Assembly: GCA_016927655.1 (NCBI GenBank)
Contig: JAFGMG010000001.1
Span: 34,818 to 98,817 of the forward strand
DNA length: 64,000 nt
Source of the DNA: Candidatus Dojkabacteria bacterium
GTDB taxonomy: Bacteria > Patescibacteriota > Dojkabacteria > B142 > JAFGMG01
Direction: 5' to 3'
In this document: positions 27,989 through 38,699 of the stretch, in pieces
How positions within the stretch are numbered: the first letter of the stretch is position 1
How the letters are laid out: every line of letters starts with the position of its first letter
The notes under the pieces: generated by a model
Databases searched by the model: none
The model's input: the letters and a program-made list of their open reading frames with translations, nothing else
What the model was told of the DNA's origin: nothing
Program-made: the position numbers and the translations under genes

Positions 27989-29343
27989 AGTGCAGCTTTT
28001 ATCTCCTCAAGAGCTTTTGGTCCTACCCCTTCGATCTTTTCGCCGGCATCGATTTTCCCTTTGAGATCCTCTATCTCGGAAATTCCAGCCTTTATTAGTG
28101 CGTTTAAAGTTCGAGTAGATAATTTCAATCCCGCTAATGGACTATCATCTTCCGGTTTTGCATTTGCCTTCGTCTTTGTCTCCGTCTTTGCCTCACCTGC
28201 TTTTATAGTTTCTCCCTGAATATCAATTTTCCATCCAGTGAGCTTTGCTGCAAGTCTGGCATTTTGCCCATCCCTGCCAATCGCAAGAGAAAGCTGCTCA
28301 TCAGGAACCGTAACTTTTGCGTATTTTATACTTTCGCCAGCCTTTCTTTCTGGATTCGACTTCAAGGCGTCCTCAAGCGAAATTTCCTTTTTCTCATCTT
28401 TAACTTTTTTTACAATTGTTTTATCTGTCACTTCAACTTTTACTGTCTGAGCAGGACTCAAAGCATTTGAAATAAACTGAGCCGGTTCGTCGTCCCAAAG
28501 AATAATATCTACCTTTTCCTCAATCGGCCCCATTTTCAGCTCATTCATAATTGCATTGATTCGCACACCTTTTTGGCCGACGCACGAACCGATAGGATCT
28601 ATTCCATCTACAATAGAACGAACTGCAACCTTTGATCTGCTGCCTGCTTCTCTTGCAATCGATTTAATTTCAATAGAGCCCGAAACAATTTCAGGCACTT
28701 CAAGTGCAAACAATGCCCGAAGAAAGTCAGGATGTGCCCTTGATACAAAAAGCATTTTCCCTCTTGGAGTTTCCTCGATAGATTTGATAAGTACTTTGTG
28801 TCTGCTTCCGCTTTTATAAAATTCGCTGGGCACCCTGTCTTCTTTGCTCATAACTGCCGTTGCACGGTTGATATCCCAAAGCACATCTTCTCCATCCATT
28901 CTCTGGACAACTGCGCTTTCGATTTCTCCGATTCTGTCCTCGAATTCCTTGATTTGTGCTTCCTTTTCTGCCTCACGGATTTTTTGCAGGATAACCTGCT
29001 TTGCAGCTTGGGCTGCTACTCTTCCGAAGTCTCCTTCTGGTGTGACATCAACCTGGATGTGATCTCCGATCCTGAGCTTTGGTTCAATTTTCTGAGCGTC
29101 TGAAAGTGATATCTGCGTTGAATCATCACTTACTTCTTTTACAACTTTTTTATCCGCAATTACAGCAATGCTTCCAGTACCAGAGTCAATTTCAACTTCA
29201 ATATTGAGTCCTTCTTCCTCACTGTCTTTTCTAAATCCTGCCCGGATTGCTTCCTGGATGGCTGTAATGACAATATCTGCGTCAATCCCGCGTTCTGCTG
29301 CGATCTGATGTACTGCAACCATAAAATCTGTTTGTACCGCCAT
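27985..29343 (-). CDS. nusA: Transcription termination factor NusA with C-terminal alpha-CTD-like domain
   Basis: FGRVAAQAAKQ, AREAGSRSKVAV, LSLAIGRDGQNARLAAKLTGWKIDI. Confidence 0.97.
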   Translation of the reverse strand: MAVQTDFMVAVHQIAAERGIDADIVITAIQEAIRAGFRKDSEEEGLNIEVEIDSGTGSIAVIADKKVVKEVSDDSTQISLSDAQKIEPKLRIGDHIQVDVTPEGDFGRVAAQAAKQVILQKIREAEKEAQIKEFEDRIGEIESAVVQRMDGEDVLWDINRATAVMSKEDRVPSEFYKSGSRHKVLIKSIEETPRGKMLFVSRAHPDFLRALFALEVPEIVSGSIEIKSIAREAGSRSKVAVRSIVDGIDPIGSCVGQKGVRINAIMNELKMGPIEEKVDIILWDDEPAQFISNALSPAQTVKVEVTDKTIVKKVKDEKKEISLEDALKSNPERKAGESIKYAKVTVPDEQLSLAIGRDGQNARLAAKLTGWKIDIQGETIKAGEAKTETKTKANAKPEDDSPLAGLKLSTRTLNALIKAGISEIEDLKGKIDAGEKIEGVGPKALEEIKAAL

Positions 29344-29383
29344 TTTAAAAAAATTAACAACTTAATAATACGAATAATTCAGT

Positions 29384-29411
29384 AAAAAAAAGAGCGGCCC
29401 TTGTCCACCCT
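29384..29411 (-). terminator. Premature terminator in the nusA leader
   Basis: Minus strand AGGGTGG-acaaggg-CCGCTCT-T7, downstream of TGcTATACT (29433-29441) and ~40 nt before the nusA ATG. Confidence 0.55.
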
Positions 29412-29491
29412 TTTACTACTCACCACGTATGAAGTATAGCAGATTATCATTCTTTTTTAAATAGTTTAGTTAAGATATAATCAAAACAACC

Positions 29492-30610
29492 ATGAATGAG
29501 ACTGGAAAAATAAAGATTGCAATTACACATGATTATTTATTGGAATATGGCGGAGCAGAAATGGTGCTATGGGAAATACTAAAAATTTTCCCCCAAGCAG
29601 AGCTTTATTCTCCAATTATCAGACCTACAAAGAAACAGCGAGCTTTTTGGCTTGAAGTTTCCAAACATAAAATACACTCGAGTTTTCTTTCATCGCTGCC
29701 TTTGCCAAAGCTCGCTTTCAAGTTTCTCCTGCCATTGCAGATAGGATTTTTCAAGAGATTGAAATTTGATGATTATGACCTGGTTATCAGCTCATCAGCT
29801 GGCTTTAGTAAATTTTTGAACTTAACGGAGAAGACAAAACACATCGCCTATATCCATACTCCTCCTAGATTTGTCTGGGGTTACGAGACTTCTTTTTTTC
29901 ACAAAATGCCCGGGGTTTTAAGGTTTATTCTTAAGCCGATTTTGAATAAGTGGAAAAGACAGGACATCGAATACGCAAAAAAAGCCGATCTTATTCTGAC
30001 TAATTCGAAAAACATTCAGGGAAAAATCCGTCAAGCATACAAAAAAGATTCTACAGTTATTTATCCGCCGGCAGATGTTGCTAACTTGCTTTCTAGTGAG
30101 CCATCAGGCAAAGAAGACTTTTATCTCACTATCGGCAGGATTTACCCTTATAAAAGAATTGATCTTATTGTAGAAGCGTTTGGGAAAACAAAAGAGAAAC
30201 TGATTGTCATCGGAGATGGGCCTGGAAGAAGACGGCTGGAAAGGATTTCCAGGGAGAATATAAGTTTTCGGGGATTTGTGGACGAGGACGTGAAGGTTGA
30301 ACTGCTGCAAAAAGCAAAAGGCTTTGTTTTTGCAGCAGAGGAAGACTTCGGAATAGTGATGGTGGAGGCACTTGCTGCAGGGACTCCCGTAATTGCCTTT
30401 GCGAAAGGCGGAGCAATCGAGATTGTCCAGGAAGGGAAAAATGGAATTTTATTTGAAGAACAGACTAAAGAATCCATCATCCAGGGTCTTAAAGAATTCG
30501 CGAGTAAGAAATTCGATTCGGAATTTATCAAAAAAAGTGCCTGGAAATTTTCAAGTGAGAATTTCAGGAAAGAAATGGAAAAATCAGTTCTTCGGACTGT
30601 CACTTCCTAA
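29492..30610 (+). CDS. GT4 glycosyltransferase
   Basis: HDYL..GGAE, YIHTPPR, GRIYPYKR, EEDFGIVMVEALAAGTPVIA. Confidence 0.92.
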   Translation: MNETGKIKIAITHDYLLEYGGAEMVLWEILKIFPQAELYSPIIRPTKKQRAFWLEVSKHKIHSSFLSSLPLPKLAFKFLLPLQIGFFKRLKFDDYDLVISSSAGFSKFLNLTEKTKHIAYIHTPPRFVWGYETSFFHKMPGVLRFILKPILNKWKRQDIEYAKKADLILTNSKNIQGKIRQAYKKDSTVIYPPADVANLLSSEPSGKEDFYLTIGRIYPYKRIDLIVEAFGKTKEKLIVIGDGPGRRRLERISRENISFRGFVDEDVKVELLQKAKGFVFAAEEDFGIVMVEALAAGTPVIAFAKGGAIEIVQEGKNGILFEEQTKESIIQGLKEFASKKFDSEFIKKSAWKFSSENFRKEMEKSVLRTVTS

Positions 30611-31141
30611 GCTTTCTAAATCTTCCAGCTCCAGTATAAAAGCGCGCAATTTGGCCCATTCAAACAACATCGTAGGGAAAATTACAACCGGGAAAAGAAC
30701 TATCGTCCAGACATGAATATCAATAGCAATAGTTAGAAATGTTATTAGATAAATAACATAATAAATCAAAAAGCCAATCGAGAGACTACTGATCTTTCTT
30801 AGATCCTTTGTAAAATAAAGCACTATGGCAAACCAAAGAAAAGGCGTCGACAAGATCAAAGAGAGGGTGAGAATCGGCCTTATTAGCAGACTGTAATCAT
30901 AACCTTTCATATAAACCGCAAATACCGGGGATAAATAAGCTACAAAAAAAACCAGGAATGAACCGTATTTGAAATTTTTGGGGCTCAAAAACGCATTTTC
31001 CCTGATGAGCATTTGTAATTTCTTTGGTTTGCCCTTAAACGAGTCTTCCAATTCGTCAAATATCTCCGTCTGGCTTTTGCCTTGGATAAACATTTTTAGA
31101 ATATTTTTCTTTATATCGCTTAAAGAAGATTTAGTAGGCAT
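30584..31141 (-). CDS. Hypothetical multi-pass membrane protein
   Basis: About four hydrophobic segments; overlaps the upstream WecA-like gene. Confidence 0.55.
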   Translation of the reverse strand: MPTKSSLSDIKKNILKMFIQGKSQTEIFDELEDSFKGKPKKLQMLIRENAFLSPKNFKYGSFLVFFVAYLSPVFAVYMKGYDYSLLIRPILTLSLILSTPFLWFAIVLYFTKDLRKISSLSIGFLIYYVIYLITFLTIAIDIHVWTIVLFPVVIFPTMLFEWAKLRAFILELEDLESLGSDSPKN

Positions 31142-32333
31142 ATTTCTCTTCCGGGGTTAATTCCTGGCTGACTGGATCTTTAGGTTTGTTTTTCTCCCTT
31201 TCTCTTTTACGGCGCCAGTTTAGCTTGTAAAGAACTCCAAGCAGGGTAAAGAATAGAATGATCAGGACAATCCCTGCTGTCAAAAATACAAAATCGGTGC
31301 TGAATCCTCCGAAATAAAAAGCTACCACACAAAAAACCAGAAAAATCGAAAGTTCTATCCTGAGGGTTTCTTTTGAATTAAATCCAAGATTCATAATCCT
31401 GTGATGAAGATGCGTTGTATCACTGATTGAAAGCAGGTCAAGGGCGCTATTGAGCCTATTAGCCCTAAGCCTCCCGGCTAGAACCCACAGCATGTCTATA
31501 ATCGGCACACTAAGTATCAATATTGCACTAGGTAGTTTCGTCCCGCTGATAACACCCATAGTTGCCAGAAAAAAGCCATAATTAATATGTCCGCTCGTCC
31601 CTGCAAATATTTTTGCCTTTGGGAAATTGTACGGAATGAAACCGTAAACCGCACCAGCAAACAAGAAAAACATCAAGGTATACTGCGGATTGCCGAATTT
31701 GATAGAAAGCGCTGCAAATGTCACCGCTGCAATCACTGTAATACTCTCCCCAAGAGCATCTATTCCGCATACCCATGCAAGAGCATTCATTACGATCATA
31801 ATCCATAAAAGAGTGAATAAATCAGCCGGAAGTATCATATTGTAGCTGAATAGACCGAAATCGAGAGTAGTATTAAAAGAGCTTAGATCTATAAACTGAC
31901 CGGCGATTTGAATATCAGCAATCGTAATTCCCGAAACTATCACTACGAGAGCCACGAAAAGCTGGATAAGTATTTGATATTTGCCTGAAATATCGTATTT
32001 ATCGTCCAAAATACCCATAAGAGTCAGCACCCCCATCCCGAAAAGTATCGGGAATATTTCAGCCGGGACATTGTCATAGACAAGGAGTGCTGAAAAGAAA
32101 GAAATCATTATTGCAAGACCCCCAAGTTTGGGAATAATTCCTTCATGAATTCTGCGGTCTCTTGTCTTGTCATGAAGAGATCGTTTTTCCTTTGGTAGAT
32201 CGACAATATCCAAGATTTTGGCAATTTTGCCGATTATTGGAGTTATGAGAAAAGCGATCAGAAAAGCAAACCCTGCCTTTGGGATGTAGGGTAAATACAA
32301 GTTTGTAATATCGTTTATTGTTCCTTCCATCAA
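31131..32333 (-). CDS. Undecaprenyl-phosphate GlcNAc-1-P transferase (WecA/TagO, MraY-like)
   Basis: PKLGGLAI, GILDD, NALAWVCGIDAL, YNFPKAKIFAG, HLHHRI. Confidence 0.88.
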   Translation of the reverse strand: MMEGTINDITNLYLPYIPKAGFAFLIAFLITPIIGKIAKILDIVDLPKEKRSLHDKTRDRRIHEGIIPKLGGLAIMISFFSALLVYDNVPAEIFPILFGMGVLTLMGILDDKYDISGKYQILIQLFVALVVIVSGITIADIQIAGQFIDLSSFNTTLDFGLFSYNMILPADLFTLLWIMIVMNALAWVCGIDALGESITVIAAVTFAALSIKFGNPQYTLMFFLFAGAVYGFIPYNFPKAKIFAGTSGHINYGFFLATMGVISGTKLPSAILILSVPIIDMLWVLAGRLRANRLNSALDLLSISDTTHLHHRIMNLGFNSKETLRIELSIFLVFCVVAFYFGGFSTDFVFLTAGIVLIILFFTLLGVLYKLNWRRKREREKNKPKDPVSQELTPEEKYAY

Positions 32334-32346
32334 ATTCTTTCTTGAA

Positions 32347-32802
32347 CTAGATTGAAACTATGCTCAGCAACTGTGCGAACGCTATTAAATATAGTATGTT
32401 GAAAATCCCAACCGAGCCTGCAATTATCTGTGCAAGCCTTCTATCGAATTGGAATATAGAATAAACAATGTTTAATAAAAGAAGGTTTAGACCTGTGTAA
32501 ACAATCGGCACAAGAACAACCCAGCCCTTTTCCAGAAACAGCCAGCTTGATTTGGTCGGATCATAAAACAAAGGAATTTCAAAAGGGAGATCTTTGTAAT
32601 TTATAAGAATCGCAACTTCAATGATCAAAGAAAAAGCAATTGAGGAAAAAAGCATAAAGACGAATGCAAAGTTTTTCCAGAAAGGCATTACTTCGATTTT
32701 TCTTTCAAGATTATTAAGCCTTCTCTGGACAAATATTACTGGCTGGAATCTATTGACCCTAATGCCAAGCCCGAGTTGTCCCAGTTCATTTTTGTTTTCC
32801 AT
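32347..32802 (-). CDS. Hypothetical membrane protein (3 TM)
   Basis: Hydrophobic helices; LPFEIPLFY loop. Confidence 0.6.
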   Translation of the reverse strand: MENKNELGQLGLGIRVNRFQPVIFVQRRLNNLERKIEVMPFWKNFAFVFMLFSSIAFSLIIEVAILINYKDLPFEIPLFYDPTKSSWLFLEKGWVVLVPIVYTGLNLLLLNIVYSIFQFDRRLAQIIAGSVGIFNILYLIAFAQLLSIVSI

Positions 32803-32822
32803 ATACGGGCATTATACAAGCT

Positions 32823-34421
32823 CTAGTTGCGAACGACAATCGCGATTTCTTCTTTATTGAGCCTTTTAAATGGAGCTTCACTGCCTGAATACACCTCAAC
32901 GTTTGAACCACCCAGTTCAACTAGTCTGCCAATGGCCCATTGCTTCTCTCCGTTTGAAAAATCGTAAATTTGAATATCGGGCCCATCCGCCCTTGTCTGC
33001 AAAGCATACTTACTTTCACTGAAAAACAGTGCTTCATTTTCAGCCCGAGCCTTGAAAGCTCTATAAGCGGGATTATTGAAAACTGCTTTCCCGCCTGTGT
33101 AAGCATTTACATAAGTATAAATTGCTGCCTGTTTTGGTTTTGCGTCTGGATTTTGGATCAGCTCCTGAATATACTGTCTGACTAGCTTCCATTCATCATT
33201 TGAACAGCAGGATTTGTCCCAGGCGGTTGGTATTAGATAATAACCGGATCTTGTGTGCGTACCAGGCTTTGAATATAACGGCTTGGTAAGATATGCATTT
33301 TGCCCCCCGAACTGGTCGTCAAGGACAATTTTGTTTATATTTGTCAGATCCGCCTCCCGCATGATTTCTAAGCCCATTGTGATGTCCTGCAACGAAATAC
33401 TGCTCATTTCCATTTTTGAGTTAAAATGGTTGTATAGATCAAGGAGTTTGATCGGATTAGTAAGCGTGCTATTATTTGTAATCAGATGCATAATCTCGGT
33501 GATCAACTGCTGCTGCCTTCTATTTCTATCAAAGTCACTGCTTGTTTTTCTAACCCGTACATAACAGAGAGCCTCTTTGGCATTTAGAAATTGCCTGCCC
33601 TGCGGGAAGTATACGTAATCATAGCCATACCAGTCATTTGGACAGTAATCTCCGATGTTTCTTGGAGAATCTATCCAGACGCCTTTTTCGCCACCGCTAT
33701 CCTCACCGACGATGTTTATCAGCTCGACAAATGTGTCAAGGGTTGTGATGACGTAATGATCTATCTCGTAGCCGGTAATATATGTGACATATTTTTTCAT
33801 GGCATCAGATCCGCTGAATGGGCAGTTATTTTTCTCTGCCATATCGTAGAAGCGGTTGATGTATTTTTGATCTTCTCGTTCCTGATGCATGCATTCTTCT
33901 TCCGCGGTGATGCTTGTATCTCTTGGGATGCTGATGAAATTCACCCTTTTTGTCTCGCGGTCGTAGACAATTTGCATTATAACGTCGATTTTTCTTGTTC
34001 CATCCCACTTGTCTGGGACAAATTCATCACCATCAAACTCTACTCCTCTTGTGTCTATTCCCATTACTAGTACTGAGTAGTAACGTTTTTCGGATACATT
34101 TGGATTGACCAGTTCTGCTGAACGGCTGACTACCTGCCCTGCAACGTTTGAGATTGAATCTGCGCTAGCGTCTTTGAGATTGCCTATGCTGAGTACTAAG
34201 TAGCTAAGGGATGCAACGAGAATTATCATGACAAATGATACGCTCCAATTGGTCCAGTTGATGTTGGATTTCTTTTTGGCTTTTTGGTTGGGGAAAGCTA
34301 TAGATTTAGCTCTAGCTGGTGCCATATCTGGCTCTTCCTGTGATCCTTCATCAATCTCAAATTTTCCCGACCTTTGTGTAAGGCTAATTTTTTTACTTAG
34401 CATGGCAGTATCTAGTTTCAA
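32823..34421 (-). CDS. LCP (LytR-CpsA-Psr) family glycopolymer transferase
   Basis: TM anchor; VLVMGIDTR, ISIPRDT, YVRVRK.SSDFDRNRRQQ. Confidence 0.88.
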   Translation of the reverse strand: MKLDTAMLSKKISLTQRSGKFEIDEGSQEEPDMAPARAKSIAFPNQKAKKKSNINWTNWSVSFVMIILVASLSYLVLSIGNLKDASADSISNVAGQVVSRSAELVNPNVSEKRYYSVLVMGIDTRGVEFDGDEFVPDKWDGTRKIDVIMQIVYDRETKRVNFISIPRDTSITAEEECMHQEREDQKYINRFYDMAEKNNCPFSGSDAMKKYVTYITGYEIDHYVITTLDTFVELINIVGEDSGGEKGVWIDSPRNIGDYCPNDWYGYDYVYFPQGRQFLNAKEALCYVRVRKTSSDFDRNRRQQQLITEIMHLITNNSTLTNPIKLLDLYNHFNSKMEMSSISLQDITMGLEIMREADLTNINKIVLDDQFGGQNAYLTKPLYSKPGTHTRSGYYLIPTAWDKSCCSNDEWKLVRQYIQELIQNPDAKPKQAAIYTYVNAYTGGKAVFNNPAYRAFKARAENEALFFSESKYALQTRADGPDIQIYDFSNGEKQWAIGRLVELGGSNVEVYSGSEAPFKRLNKEEIAIVVRN

Positions 34422-34517
34422 AATTGTGAGACATTGATTTTTCTTACCAATTTTCTGAAGAGAAAATAACGGCTCGTAAACTCAATGTCTCACTTTATCG
34501 TAAATTAGGTTTTATAT

Positions 34518-37500
34518 CTAGTCTGGACTCGGGGTAAATTTGACATCACTTCCCCCTCCATTTTGGACTCTGATGAAGTATCCTCTACCATCCACTATGT
34601 TGTAGTCATTTCCATACAATAATTCATCTTCTAGCACTACCGATGTATACAGTCCTCCTTCATACTTACTCACTACGTCTGCTTCTATACCCTGATTGCT
34701 CATTTCTCTTAGTAAACTCTCCCCAGTATAGTCTTTATCTTTAGATATTATTCCCACTAAATTCCAACCATTTCCAATCCCAATTTCCACATTGTCATCT
34801 ATCTTCTTTCCCGTATATGCCACATCATGTTGCCCATAAGAGAGTACAAATAATCCTTGTCCGGGAATTAAGTTAAAATCGTTTGAAAATTCCACATCAC
34901 CTTCTCTTACTGAAAATATTATCCACTGTCCTCCCTCATATTTCGCAATATGCTTGATATTCGCTCCTTGCTCCAACCAGGAATCCATCAGATCCCCAGC
35001 CATTTTCACCTCTTCATTCACTAACTCAAGATCGATCAAATTCCATCCATCTACTAAAGAGAACCCCTGTGCTTCATCAACTTTCTCCAAAGTTATATTC
35101 TGAATATCCTCTTGGAAAGGTTCCACTGGATCCTTTTGTCCATTTTTATTCACATCATCAAAAAATTTCACGGTCGCAGAATCCCCCTCGACAATGAATA
35201 CCTTTTCATATGTAGAACCCTTGTCTGTTATCTCATAGACACCTGATTCAACTATTTCAAGCTTTGTATCAGTATCTTTTGCCGGAACTTCTTCAGTCCC
35301 AGCATAATCACCTTTATCTTCGACATTTTCATCTTGGGCTCTCACCGGGCTAATAAATAGCCCTAAAACATCATTTGCAGAAGGTGTGTAATTATCTGCA
35401 AATACTCTGGTATTCCCATTCAAACTATGAACTATCTGATTAAACTGATCAGCATTCTGAATATCCCATTGCTGAAGAGCTGCTCCATTTGGGAGACCAT
35501 TTACAACAATTTGAACGCCAATTTGGAAATTACCGACATCAACATTTCCAAATTCATCTATAGCACCCTCAGGGAAGATATATTGAATATCTATAGTATC
35601 AATACCTAATTCAGCCAATTGAGGATTCACAGTAAAACTATAGTTAGTAGTATTGGCAGGATTAGCATAATCAATAAAGAAAGTTGCTCCTTCATCCGGA
35701 TCGCCATTTATTCCATATGTTGCTGATGGTGTGCCATGCACACGTCGATCTCCTGACTCAAAACTAATCAAAGGGATTCTCCTTCCATCCGCTGTCTCGA
35801 TATATGAGGTAACTAATGCTTGATCAAGAGTAACTAGTGCCATACAAGCTCCAGCCCCAAATCCATGTGCTTGCGTATTAACATATGGATAGTCAGCCCC
35901 TAGACTTACATCATCTATCCAAGAGTATTCATCTCCAGGTCGCAAACCCTCTATGTTATCGTTAAATTCCAGAGCTGCAGCATATGCATTTTGTTCCTTT
36001 CCTTCATAATGATCAACAGGTACCACAGCCTTTACAACTTCGACTGTATCATTGCCAACTCTTATGTCTTCTCTGTTATAGGCTTCAGTTATATCCGTAG
36101 AGGTTCTTGGGCATGATCTCCCATCCGCAACAATAAAAACTTCTCCATTCCTCGTAATGCAGCTTCTCTCTATAGTATTGTCCCCAACCCCCAAACAATC
36201 ACAATTTGAATTAAGGTTACCCCCTACTTCACTACATTTATTTACTATCGCTATACTACATCTACTATTAGCTCCTATACCTTCAACACATGTATTCCTG
36301 TCATCTAAACAGACTACCTGGCCATTGTCACAATAATTTGTTCCCGTTCCTCCATTGCAACCACAAGTCACACCCCATCTACCATCATTATGCCCTTCAC
36401 AAGTTGAAGATGGAACGTAAGCATAATCCTCAACCAAGCCCTTTTGATCATCAGTTCTGTGTAGGGGGATCCCCGTTATTTCAACAAATTGGTCCTCTCC
36501 TATCGCCTGTATTTGGATGCGCACGAACTCTTCTTGTTCTTCTTTTGTCATGGCAGCCATATCATAATCATCGTCGCCGCTATAGTTACCAGAGGGGGAA
36601 TAACCACATGCATTTTCTTCACAAGCTCCATAACCAGTGACAGTGATGCCAACACAATAACTTCTTCCAACACCACAAGAATGACATTTTGTCCCTCCTA
36701 GACATTGAGTATCATTTTCACACCCCTTTTTGCATTCATAACCTGAAGGCCCAGCTTCTTGAACATTATCTGGTTGAATTTCTGGTGCTGGCGGTGGAGT
36801 TTGTGCTTCTTGCTCTTGTGGTATAGGTTGTATGGGATTCCCACCAATACCTGGGCATTCTACTAATCCCTCCGCCCTTCCACTATTACAGCTCCCACCC
36901 AATTCGACAAATCTTCCCCAATTATCCCAACTTACACAACCGTAATAATTTGAATCGGCTGGACAGGTGCATTGCACAGGATTCGCGAATTGACACTGTA
37001 CTTGAGTTTGAGCACTAACCTGTGTGATTAGACTCATTGAATTCTCATTGAGAATTCTTGTATTTGGACTTGAAGTCTTCTCATCTTCATCACCCACGAT
37101 ATCTTCGAAGATAATGTTTACTAGTGGTTTATAGTTCTCTAATTTGAACTTATTTCTATACCTTACTTGCTCTTCATTGCTTGTTTCTAACCTTAATACT
37201 GTATCTGCTTTTACTGTATACTTAATTCCCTGCTGATTTCTAAAACTTGTCACATCCAATGTCCAGCCACCTTCCTTATTTGTATATGTACTTAGTTTCC
37301 CACTTTCTTCTATCTCTTCCTCATTATTCCCATACTTGAATAAGGTTGCTTCAACATAAATATCTCCTTTACCATTTCCCTCCTCATCTATTATCTTCCC
37401 ATACATCGGATCTGGTGTTTCTAAATCCTCATTCACAATTAACGTCTTTATCTGGGGTAGTTTGTTCCCTTCTGCATCTGTATCCTTACTCAGTATCCTT

Positions 37501-37871
37501 CCTGCTACTAATACTTCATACTCTTTCTCTGGTTCTAGTCCTGTCACACTTACATGATGTATGTGCCTCTTTTGTAGTCCTTCTTCCTTTATCTTGTACT
37601 CTCCTGTCTCTGTATCTTGTTCTACATCTCTATCATCATAAAACGTTCCTACTTTTCTTCCTCCTCCCTCTTTCACCAGTAATCTCCCAGTCGTTTTTTC
37701 TTTTGTGTACCACATATATGTTACTCCGGTCTCTGTTACATTTGTGACCTGAATATTCTCAATGTCCATCTTTCGGTCTTGATATATCAAATAGCTAATA
37801 GTCCCTGACAACAAAACTAACAAAGAAAAAAAGAGGACATACACAACATACTGAAGAAATCGACTTTTCAT
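34518..37871 (-). CDS. Large modular surface protein A (FN3-like N-module, Cys-rich/VanW-like middle, GWNL-repeat C-module)
   Basis: N-terminal TM; TNVTET..W..HHVSVTGLEPEKEYEV; Cys-rich centre; DDVNKNGQKD; two GWNL repeats. Confidence 0.75.
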   Translation of the reverse strand: MKSRFLQYVVYVLFFSLLVLLSGTISYLIYQDRKMDIENIQVTNVTETGVTYMWYTKEKTTGRLLVKEGGGRKVGTFYDDRDVEQDTETGEYKIKEEGLQKRHIHHVSVTGLEPEKEYEVLVAGRILSKDTDAEGNKLPQIKTLIVNEDLETPDPMYGKIIDEEGNGKGDIYVEATLFKYGNNEEEIEESGKLSTYTNKEGGWTLDVTSFRNQQGIKYTVKADTVLRLETSNEEQVRYRNKFKLENYKPLVNIIFEDIVGDEDEKTSSPNTRILNENSMSLITQVSAQTQVQCQFANPVQCTCPADSNYYGCVSWDNWGRFVELGGSCNSGRAEGLVECPGIGGNPIQPIPQEQEAQTPPPAPEIQPDNVQEAGPSGYECKKGCENDTQCLGGTKCHSCGVGRSYCVGITVTGYGACEENACGYSPSGNYSGDDDYDMAAMTKEEQEEFVRIQIQAIGEDQFVEITGIPLHRTDDQKGLVEDYAYVPSSTCEGHNDGRWGVTCGCNGGTGTNYCDNGQVVCLDDRNTCVEGIGANSRCSIAIVNKCSEVGGNLNSNCDCLGVGDNTIERSCITRNGEVFIVADGRSCPRTSTDITEAYNREDIRVGNDTVEVVKAVVPVDHYEGKEQNAYAAALEFNDNIEGLRPGDEYSWIDDVSLGADYPYVNTQAHGFGAGACMALVTLDQALVTSYIETADGRRIPLISFESGDRRVHGTPSATYGINGDPDEGATFFIDYANPANTTNYSFTVNPQLAELGIDTIDIQYIFPEGAIDEFGNVDVGNFQIGVQIVVNGLPNGAALQQWDIQNADQFNQIVHSLNGNTRVFADNYTPSANDVLGLFISPVRAQDENVEDKGDYAGTEEVPAKDTDTKLEIVESGVYEITDKGSTYEKVFIVEGDSATVKFFDDVNKNGQKDPVEPFQEDIQNITLEKVDEAQGFSLVDGWNLIDLELVNEEVKMAGDLMDSWLEQGANIKHIAKYEGGQWIIFSVREGDVEFSNDFNLIPGQGLFVLSYGQHDVAYTGKKIDDNVEIGIGNGWNLVGIISKDKDYTGESLLREMSNQGIEADVVSKYEGGLYTSVVLEDELLYGNDYNIVDGRGYFIRVQNGGGSDVKFTPSPD

Positions 37872-37964
37872 TTCAGGAGAATTTAATAATTATCTAAAAA
37901 TAGATTACCCAAAAAGAAGATTTGCGTCAATTTGATATAATTAAGTAAATTTAGACTAGACATT

Positions 37965-38699
37965 ATGCTAAAAGTATCAGAATTAATTGCGGAGATAGAA
38001 AATACAAAAGTCTTAGATGGCTTATATCTTGAGGTAGGGGAAGGCCAGATCCATGTTTTACTAGGTCCAAATGGCTCGGGCAAAAGTAGCCTTTCAAAAG
38101 TCATTATGGGAGTGGGCGGGTACGAAGTGACAAGTGGAAGTATAGAGTTTGAGGGCAAAGATATCACAAATATAAGCCCAGATGAACGAGCGAGAATGGG
38201 GATATTCTTGGCGAATCAATACCCAATTGAAGTCCCAGGAGTTGGTCTCGCGAATTTCTTGCGACTTGCATACAATTCCAGATTTAGTGATGACAAAAAT
38301 AAACTATCAGTAACAAAATTTAAGAAATTGTTACAAGAAAAAGCAAAACTCGTAGATCTAGATGAAAAATTCCTGGACCGCAATCTCAATGAAGGCTTCT
38401 CAGGCGGAGAAAAGAAAAAAAGTGAGATCCTCCAAATGGCAGTCCTTGAGCCAAAGCTCGCAATTCTTGATGAGACCGACTCCGGACTAGATGTAGACGC
38501 ACTCAAACAAGTCTTTAAAGCAGTCAGCAAAATCAAAAAAGAAAATAAAGATATGACACTTCTAGTCATTACCCACTACGAAAGAGTATTTGAATACATC
38601 ACTCCAGACAAAGTACACGTGATGAAAGATGGAAAAATCATAGAAACAGGAGGCAAAGAATTAGCAGATAAAATCCAAAAACATGGCTTCAAAAAATAA
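37965..38699 (+). CDS. sufC: Fe-S assembly ATPase SufC
   Basis: [38 protein letters not shown]. Confidence 0.95.
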   Translation: MLKVSELIAEIENTKVLDGLYLEVGEGQIHVLLGPNGSGKSSLSKVIMGVGGYEVTSGSIEFEGKDITNISPDERARMGIFLANQYPIEVPGVGLANFLRLAYNSRFSDDKNKLSVTKFKKLLQEKAKLVDLDEKFLDRNLNEGFSGGEKKKSEILQMAVLEPKLAILDETDSGLDVDALKQVFKAVSKIKKENKDMTLLVITHYERVFEYITPDKVHVMKDGKIIETGGKELADKIQKHGFKK

